Positions 58,188 through 64,000 of a stretch of 64,000 bases of DNA are shown in pieces. Position numbers and translations under genes: made by a program. Numbering within the stretch: the stretch's first letter is position 1; each line of letters begins with the position of its first letter. The notes under the pieces were generated by a model that saw only the letters and a list, made by a program, of their open reading frames with translations, was not told the origin of the DNA and searched no databases. Source of the stretch: Bdellovibrionia bacterium (GTDB taxonomy: Bacteria; Bdellovibrionota; UBA1018); the NCBI GenBank assembly GCA_040399745.1, contig JBBARP010000001.1, forward strand, positions 74,617 through 138,616, given 5' to 3'.

Positions 58188-59471
58188 ATGATCGGAGCTT
58201 TAGACAGGCGACATCGAGAAGTAACGGTGATCGGCGCTGGCATTGCTGGCTTGATTGCCGCTTATCGCTTAGACCGACTCGGTTTTGAGGTCACGCTTTT
58301 GGATTCAGCCCAACGAGCGGGCGGTGTGATTCAGACCTACGTCACACCCTTTGGGCCTGCTGAGGCTGCCGTTCACTCAGTTTTAGCAAGCCCTGCGGTC
58401 GTCGATTTTTTCGAGGACCTCGGGGTTCCGGTGGTGGGGGTAGATCCTGCCTCGCGTGCTCGGTTCATTTGGCGCAACGGAAAGATGCGAAAAATGCCGC
58501 TTGGACCCTGGGAAGCCATCGGTGCAGGCGCGCGCGCTTTCTTTCGAAAGGCGCCCGAGGCCTCTCCCAGTGGTCTTGGGAGCGAGTCGGCAACACTCGA
58601 AGAGTTTGCGCTTCATCACCTCGGAAAAGCGGCCCTTGATTATGGTCTCAATCCGTTTTTGCGCGGCATTTACGCAGCGAGACCGTCTGAGATTTCACTT
58701 CGTGCAGCTTTTCCAGGCCTTGAAGTTTCGCCTGGGCGCACGTTTGCAAGCGAGATGCGTCAGAAGAGGAGCACTCGCCGTGGCCCGCGTCCCTTGATGG
58801 TCACCGCTCGAGATGGAATGGAGAGCTTGGTTCGAGCGCTCGAGAAGCGCTTGCGTGAGCGCCTTGGCTCCCGTTTTCAAGTCGGTGTGCGATTGGATCA
58901 GCTTCCCGATGCTCCCAACGTCGTGGTGTGTACTCCTGCGGGACGCGCAGCCGCTTTGTTGGCTTCCCCATCCCCCGACGCAGCTCGCGCACTCGAAGCG
59001 GTTCAGTATGCTCCGCTCGTGAGTGTCACCGCTTTTGCGCGATCTGAGAAATTCCTCCAGGGTGCTCCTCGAGGCGTGGGCGTCTTGGTGCCAGAGAATC
59101 AAAGGGACCGGAAGTGCCTAGGGATTCTTTTTAACTCGAGCGCGTTTCCGGGTCGTGTCAGTTCACCCGATCTTTCTTCATTCACCGTGATGCTCGGAGG
59201 GAGTTCCGCTCCCGAGTGGGCTCAAAAAAGTGAAGATGAGATTCGCGAAACCGTCACGGCTGAGCTTCAAGCCATGCTGGGCCTTCAGTGCCAGCCCGAG
59301 TACCAACAGGTAACCTGCTGGGAGCGTGCGATTCCGGTCTACGCGCCGTCTTTGTTGTCCGTGTGGAAGGCTTTGCGCGCGACGCTTGGTCAGCGTCCGG
59401 GCCGGGTGCTTTTCGGAAATTACACGGGCCAAGTCAGCGTTCGAGGATTGATCGAAACGCCTTGGATTTGA
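58188..59471 (+). CDS. hemY: FAD-dependent protoporphyrinogen oxidase (HemY type; called hemG in some annotations)
   Basis: GAGIAGL, GG.I.T, GIYA, G.GVLVP, LGILFNS..FP.R, W..AIP.Y. Confidence 0.88.
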   Translation: MIGALDRRHREVTVIGAGIAGLIAAYRLDRLGFEVTLLDSAQRAGGVIQTYVTPFGPAEAAVHSVLASPAVVDFFEDLGVPVVGVDPASRARFIWRNGKMRKMPLGPWEAIGAGARAFFRKAPEASPSGLGSESATLEEFALHHLGKAALDYGLNPFLRGIYAARPSEISLRAAFPGLEVSPGRTFASEMRQKRSTRRGPRPLMVTARDGMESLVRALEKRLRERLGSRFQVGVRLDQLPDAPNVVVCTPAGRAAALLASPSPDAARALEAVQYAPLVSVTAFARSEKFLQGAPRGVGVLVPENQRDRKCLGILFNSSAFPGRVSSPDLSSFTVMLGGSSAPEWAQKSEDEIRETVTAELQAMLGLQCQPEYQQVTCWERAIPVYAPSLLSVWKALRATLGQRPGRVLFGNYTGQVSVRGLIETPWI

Positions 59472-59486
59472 AAATCACGCTCCTTC

Positions 59487-59525
59487 AAAAGCAAACCGGG
59501 CACCTCCCAGTGGAAGATGCCCGGT
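59487..59525 (-). terminator. terminator between convergent hemY and clostripain genes
   Basis: ACCGGGCA...TGCCCGGT stem, A-rich on the left. Confidence 0.6.
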
Positions 59526-59553
59526 CTCAGTGCTTTTTCTTGGAGTCGCTGAA

Positions 59554-60771
59554 TTAGCGGTACAAGAACATCAGAGTGTCCAACCAGCCCGTGTCGCCAT
59601 GGAATCTCATGGCGCGGTACTTGTCGTCGTAGGCGTTCAGACTGTAGCTGGAATCAGGCAGCCAGATCGAAACGCCGTGGGACAAGCGGTAGGATTGGCT
59701 CGTCTTGTTGGTCAGGATGAACTTCGCGGCTGCATCACGAACTGCGGTGATCGCGTTGCGGTCCAGTCCTTTGATCGATTTGCGCTCGAGCTGATCGATG
59801 AAGTCGATCAAATCGCCGTAATCCGCGTAGGCGTAGCTTTGCGTGTCGCGAAGAGCGAGCATCGCTTTGCCTGCTTCGGTCGGTGCCAAGGTCATCAGGT
59901 TGATTCCCAGATCGCGGATCGCAGCGTTCAAGGCGCCTTGAGCCGTGAGATTATAGGAAGAGAACGTGATGCCGTTTGAAGAGCCTTGGCTGCCGCCCGA
60001 GTACGATTTCACGTAAGCGTCGGTCAGCATCGAAGCCACTTGAGCGGGAGTTGCCGTTTGGTCTTTGCTCCAAGCGGTCAGGAGGTCGTCATACGGCCAG
60101 CCGTCGCCCGGCTCGGTTTCTTGCGAACCCATGAACACGTCGACGGAGTCCTTCATCTCGTTGGAAACTTCAGCCATGGCCATCAGGCAGGCGTCCGATC
60201 CGTAGAGATCCACTTTACGACCCAGCGACTGCGAGATAGCCGCCATCGCCTGACCGAGTTGAGGAGTGGTGATGAAGTTTCCGCTGATATCGTCCCAGCT
60301 GATGTCGCTCGGAGTGATTCCGGCAGCGAGAGCGCGCTTGGAGGTGCGGTGCCAGCCACCGCCATGGTTCCAGACGTCCACGAAGTAGCGCTTGGCGGGA
60401 TAATTTTTGATGCCCCACTGAACGAACTCGACGAGGTTTTTCCAGTCACCCATGTCGACCGTTCCCATGTCCTGAAGGACAGGAGAATTGACGACGCTGG
60501 TGTTCGTGTCTTTCTTCACGTACACGCGCTTCACTTGGCGGGTCGAGAGGCTGGCCCATTGGACCACCACGTTGATCTGGTCCGTGCTTCCCACGCGCTC
60601 CATTTCATTGATGTCCTCGGCGCCGAAGCGGTCGAGATTGTTGTTCCCGTTCAGGAAGACGAGCATCGTCCATTCCTTCACAGGCTTGATTGAGGTATCG
60701 GCAAAAGACAGAGCTGGCGAAGCCAGACCTGCAAGAGCCACGAGAGCAAGGAACGGCGCGAACGGACGCAT
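59554..60771 (-). CDS. secreted clostripain-family (C11) cysteine peptidase
   Basis: EWTMLVFL...NNL, WNHGGGW, DACLMA..EV, SQETEP..GW; signal peptide; RBS AGGAGG. Confidence 0.92.
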   Translation of the reverse strand: MRPFAPFLALVALAGLASPALSFADTSIKPVKEWTMLVFLNGNNNLDRFGAEDINEMERVGSTDQINVVVQWASLSTRQVKRVYVKKDTNTSVVNSPVLQDMGTVDMGDWKNLVEFVQWGIKNYPAKRYFVDVWNHGGGWHRTSKRALAAGITPSDISWDDISGNFITTPQLGQAMAAISQSLGRKVDLYGSDACLMAMAEVSNEMKDSVDVFMGSQETEPGDGWPYDDLLTAWSKDQTATPAQVASMLTDAYVKSYSGGSQGSSNGITFSSYNLTAQGALNAAIRDLGINLMTLAPTEAGKAMLALRDTQSYAYADYGDLIDFIDQLERKSIKGLDRNAITAVRDAAAKFILTNKTSQSYRLSHGVSIWLPDSSYSLNAYDDKYRAMRFHGDTGWLDTLMFLYR

Positions 60772-60877
60772 GGGATCTCCTCCTTGAGATGGGAGCGAAC
60801 GTTTTCACTTCAGGGGTCAGATCAGAATAGCTGATCGCTTCCCAGTGACAAACGGCGCTTTTTTTGCCGGGTGCGAG

Positions 60878-60920
60878 TTTCTCGCGAGTCAGTCCAATTG
60901 TCGGACTCACTCGCGAGAAA
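60878..60920. repeat. 43-nt near-perfect inverted repeat
   Basis: TTTCTCGCGAGT-C-AGTCC / GGACT-C-ACTCGCGAGAAA with a 7-nt loop. Confidence 0.7.
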
Positions 60921-60936
60921 TCTCCGGAAACAGAGG

Positions 60937-61563
60937 TCAGAGTTTTGACGAACTCAGAACTCGGCTCACCGCGGGGATGTCCTTGTTCACGAGAGCAAGA
61001 AATCCGCCATGATTCCCTGAAGCATCTTCACACACCAAGGAGATGTTCCCGACGCGAGTGCCGGAAGAGTAGAAACGGAAGGTGGCCACCGTTTCTTTGC
61101 AGCCCAATTGAGCTGGGACAAAGACCCCGAAAGCGCCGTTGCCGAAGTAGACGGCCACATCCGAGAATCGCGCGGGCAACTGAAGAGCCAGGCCGGGAAG
61201 GGCGCCGGCTGCAACTCCCGGAAGAGGGCGGCCACCCGGAAGAGTGGTGGGATCAAAGAGCGAGCCACCGCTCGCATTCAAGACGTCGCTTGCTGCCAAG
61301 GCGACGACCAGCAAAGTTCCGTTACTTTGAAAGTCCGGTCCGATCTCGGCATAGCTGTTAGGCAAGCGACGAGCATCAAGTGGGTAGCGGCCGCCGGCAT
61401 CGAGCGGGATCGAAGGAAAGGCGACCGAGAGAAGGAAATAGCCGTCTACGAAGCTTGAAGAATATTTCACGCCCGGAATGGGAGGGTTCTTCGAGCTACC
61501 TTTTCCGCAGCCGCTCAGGCCTAAGGCCAGGCAGCTCAGGGATACGAGGACGAACTTCTTCAT
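60937..61563 (-). CDS. hypothetical lipoprotein (paralog B)
   Basis: MKKFV...LSGC lipobox; start at 61563 or 61593. Confidence 0.7.
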   Translation of the reverse strand: MKKFVLVSLSCLALGLSGCGKGSSKNPPIPGVKYSSSFVDGYFLLSVAFPSIPLDAGGRYPLDARRLPNSYAEIGPDFQSNGTLLVVALAASDVLNASGGSLFDPTTLPGGRPLPGVAAGALPGLALQLPARFSDVAVYFGNGAFGVFVPAQLGCKETVATFRFYSSGTRVGNISLVCEDASGNHGGFLALVNKDIPAVSRVLSSSKL

Positions 61564-61598
61564 GGATCGGAATCGATTGTGTGCTTTGGACATGGAAA

Positions 61599-62201
61599 TC
61601 ACTTCTCCTGCAGGTTTGAATTTCCACCGGATACGGGAAGCAGGATCAGGATGCCGGAGCCCTCTCCGTTTGCGCCGGGTGGAACGGCGTGGCCTTTGCC
61701 AATGCGGTTTCCGCGCTCGTCTTCGATGTTGATCGAGCGCAGGAAAGTGAGAAAAAGCCCACTCGCCGTGCGAAGCGGGATGGGAAGGAAAAACCCGACG
61801 ACGTCCGCTCCCAAATAGAGAGTCAGGTCGAGGCCGGTGACCCGCTCGGTAGTGCGCGGAAGGACGCCGCCCGAGATTCCAGGCAAGGCTCGACCGTCGG
61901 GGAGGCCGCCTCGGGGGAGTCCCGCGCTCGCGTTTCCGGCCAGTCCTGCCAAGGGCAGAGTGAGCTGAAAGAGCGTGCCGGAGCCTTGCAGGTTGGGGGC
62001 GCAGCCGAGAGTGGCGCCCGCGAGGCCGGGGATCGGGAGGCTCGCGCATCCGTCGAGATTCAGCGAAGTCGCCAAGAAGCTGACGCTCAAGTGGCCGGCG
62101 CGGGCTTGGGCGCGGAAGTGCTCGAGCCCAGGCACGCGCTTACCTGCGCCGCAGCCTGAAAGAGCAATTCCGAGCATCATGAACAAACTCCACCGTCCCA
62201 A
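61599..62201 (-). CDS. hypothetical lipoprotein (paralog A)
   Basis: LSGC lipobox; shares LP.GR.LPG...G.LP with paralog B; TTG start after AGGGGG. Confidence 0.7.
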   Translation of the reverse strand: MGRWSLFMMLGIALSGCGAGKRVPGLEHFRAQARAGHLSVSFLATSLNLDGCASLPIPGLAGATLGCAPNLQGSGTLFQLTLPLAGLAGNASAGLPRGGLPDGRALPGISGGVLPRTTERVTGLDLTLYLGADVVGFFLPIPLRTASGLFLTFLRSINIEDERGNRIGKGHAVPPGANGEGSGILILLPVSGGNSNLQEK

Positions 62202-62274
62202 ACTTGACCCCCTATTGTTAAGGCACCTTCATAATTACAGACGGCGTATGACGCATCAAGTCAAAAATAGAAAA

Positions 62275-63408
62275 TTAAATAATCCTTGGAAAAGCAGGGG
62301 CTTCAGACTGCCTGCCCTCAAAGTACGCCTTGAGTTTCAGACGGGGACATCCCGGGGCTTCCAGAAAGTGCCTGACCGAGGTGAGCTCCTCTCTTCTTCG
62401 AACGCTTTGCCCCAAGGTCCAGTTCATCAATGAGAAGTCCTCACTGGCCCACAGGACCAGTGCTTGGGCCTTTTCGTTGGGGTCCCGTGCCACGCGGCCA
62501 ATCATCTGAGCCAGACTCAGAAGCGACGGGGGCGTTTGCCAGAGAACCACCCACCTGAGGTGCGACTGATCCATTCCCATCCCAAAGGCGGAAGTGGCGA
62601 TCAGGACCGCGCGACTGTCCGTGCGGATTCTGGCCTCGAGAGCTCGCCTTTCTTCTGCGCTGTGGCCTGCGTGATAGATCAGCGGGGTCAATCCTCGCGC
62701 TCTCAGGATTTTTTCCAATCGGTAAGTCGACTCGCGCGTCAGAGTAAAAATAATTCCGGCGCGGTTTGCTTCGTTCTGCGCCAAAAACTTCACCAAAGCT
62801 TCGGCTCGCTCGGGCCACCGAACGCGTCTCAATTCCAGCTGAAGCTGCGGGGGCAACTCGAATGAGCCGATCTCGCGAACGGGCGCGGGGAGGCGCTCCT
62901 TCAACTCCTGCCTAGCAGAGGGGGGCAAAGTGGCGGTGAGCCAAAGGCTTCTTTGAATGCGTCCTGCTGAATCGCGGATCAGTTCAGGCAAGAGCTGAAA
63001 GCTAGGACGAAAGTGCTCACCCCAGTCCCAAAGGCAGTGGCACTCATCGACTACGAGAAAATCCGGACGCCAGGTTTTGAGGGTGGCTTGCACTTTTTGA
63101 GTGAGGAGGCTCTCCGGACTCAGAATCCAAACCTGCGACTCCCCGTCGGGCCGTTCGCTCTCGCCTCCAATCCCGAGAGCTGTTCTCAGGCCTGCTGCCC
63201 GAAGTCTCTGCGCTTGCTGGCGGGCCAGCGCCACCAGAGGCGAAACTAAAAGCATACGCCGGCCTAGTGCAGCCGCAGCACGCTCATAGATCAGGCTTTT
63301 TCCAGCTCCGGTGTGAGCCACCGCAATGAGGTGGCCGGGAGCTTCGAGCGCTGAAAGGGCTTCCTTTTGGAACGGGCGAAGCGTGAAGGATCTCGAGTCG
63401 ATCGACAT
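62275..63408 (-). CDS. RecQ-like DEAH helicase (core only)
   Basis: TGAGKS, SPLVAL, DECHC..DWG..FRP, LTAT, YHAG, ATSAFGMG.D, QMIGRVAR. Confidence 0.88.
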   Translation of the reverse strand: MSIDSRSFTLRPFQKEALSALEAPGHLIAVAHTGAGKSLIYERAAAALGRRMLLVSPLVALARQQAQRLRAAGLRTALGIGGESERPDGESQVWILSPESLLTQKVQATLKTWRPDFLVVDECHCLWDWGEHFRPSFQLLPELIRDSAGRIQRSLWLTATLPPSARQELKERLPAPVREIGSFELPPQLQLELRRVRWPERAEALVKFLAQNEANRAGIIFTLTRESTYRLEKILRARGLTPLIYHAGHSAEERRALEARIRTDSRAVLIATSAFGMGMDQSHLRWVVLWQTPPSLLSLAQMIGRVARDPNEKAQALVLWASEDFSLMNWTLGQSVRRREELTSVRHFLEAPGCPRLKLKAYFEGRQSEAPAFPRII

Positions 63409-63451
63409 ATCCAAGCGCACGCCTGTGCTTGGACTGTGCCAATCTCAGCGA

Positions 63452-64000
63452 CTATTCCTTTACGCCCCCTGGGATTGGGCTTGGACCGCTTCCCCGAGTG
63501 CGCAGGTAAATTAGGCCACCCACAGCGCCGATCGCAAACGCCATCAGAGCGTTTAGGCTAAACACATCGCCGCCGCGCTGACTTCCTAGGAACCCAAACA
63601 AGAAAGCAAAAGCCGCATGCCCGGTGCCGACTCCAGCTGGAAATACGGGAACCGCCGTCACCAGAAGGCCTAGGGGAACTACGACGAAAACGGAAAGAGG
63701 CGAAAGAGTGGAATCGCCCAGGGCGAGTGTGAATAAAAGGCAGGCCGTACTCATCAGGAGTTGAATCAAGATGGAGACCGCCAAGGACCTCGCCACCACC
63801 CAGCGATGCTCACGGTAGGTGCGAACGCCTAGGTAGGTTCTTTCCAGAGCGCCGAGCTTTTCAAAGCGACCGCTCAGCTTTTCGAGGAGCCTTAAAAGCA
63901 GATCGTGTTCGGGCCGAACGCCGAAAAGGTAAGCGTAAAAGGCGATAAATCCGAAAGCTCCCAAAATGACGGGAACCCGAATGACGCGCAAAAGTGGAGA
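63452..64000 (-). CDS. lysylphosphatidylglycerol synthase TM/YbhN-family membrane protein (5' part outside the window)
   Basis: Hydrophobic helices, AVPVFPAGVG.G..AF..LF motif. Confidence 0.75.
   Translation of the reverse strand, partial: SPLLRVIRVPVILGAFGFIAFYAYLFGVRPEHDLLLRLLEKLSGRFEKLGALERTYLGVRTYREHRWVVARSLAVSILIQLLMSTACLLFTLALGDSTLSPLSVFVVVPLGLLVTAVPVFPAGVGTGHAAFAFLFGFLGSQRGGDVFSLNALMAFAIGAVGGLIYLRTRGSGPSPIPGGVKE

Noticed and set aside
61594..62049. N-terminal extension of the 370-aa ORF 60937-62049
   Set aside because: It overlaps the paralog A gene in another frame; the lipoprotein signal starts at 61563/61593
1..64000. CRISPR array, IS elements, prophage, defence island, rRNA, riboswitches
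   Set aside because: No regularly spaced repeats or recognisable signature genes or motifs seen by eye; a covariance-model scan would be needed to exclude small RNAs

Overview
Gene-dense bacterial chromosomal window, roughly 55-60% GC by eye. It is most likely from a Bdellovibrionota/Oligoflexia-type organism; this is inferred from the IPT/RCC1 surface protein, the RIRWWE-type PilZ membrane protein, the stand-alone PhaR-like regulator and FliA-type promoters. It holds about 60 CDS and 3 tRNAs (Leu-TAG, Arg-TCT, Asn-GTT). I saw no integrase, transposase, rRNA or CRISPR array. Main blocks: TPR plus LolB-like genes, an Opp/Dpp ABC operon, a large low-complexity/coiled-coil protein, a phytochelatin-synthase-like pair, ilvA, a FecR/TPR-barrel pair, an orphan ParA with two Bor lipoproteins, phhA, ampG, tldDE, tadA, pruA, agmatinase, rnhA, a heme operon with an embedded two-component system, clostripain and a RecQ-like helicase. 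Top finding: a type IV pilin-like protein (32357-34012, minus) whose C-terminus is a complete tandem collagen IV NC1 (C4-C4) module with all 12 cysteines, a domain typical of animal basement membranes. Second: the heme operon has the Leptospira hemA-CD-B-L-hemKR-E-N-Y layout, with a perfect HemR box (TGACA-N6-TGACA) upstream of hemA. Also notable are a scaffold-like protein with four internal MinD-type membrane-targeting helices and a secreted protein with a symmetric 12-Cys ladder. Family assignments come from motif recognition only; no database searches were run.
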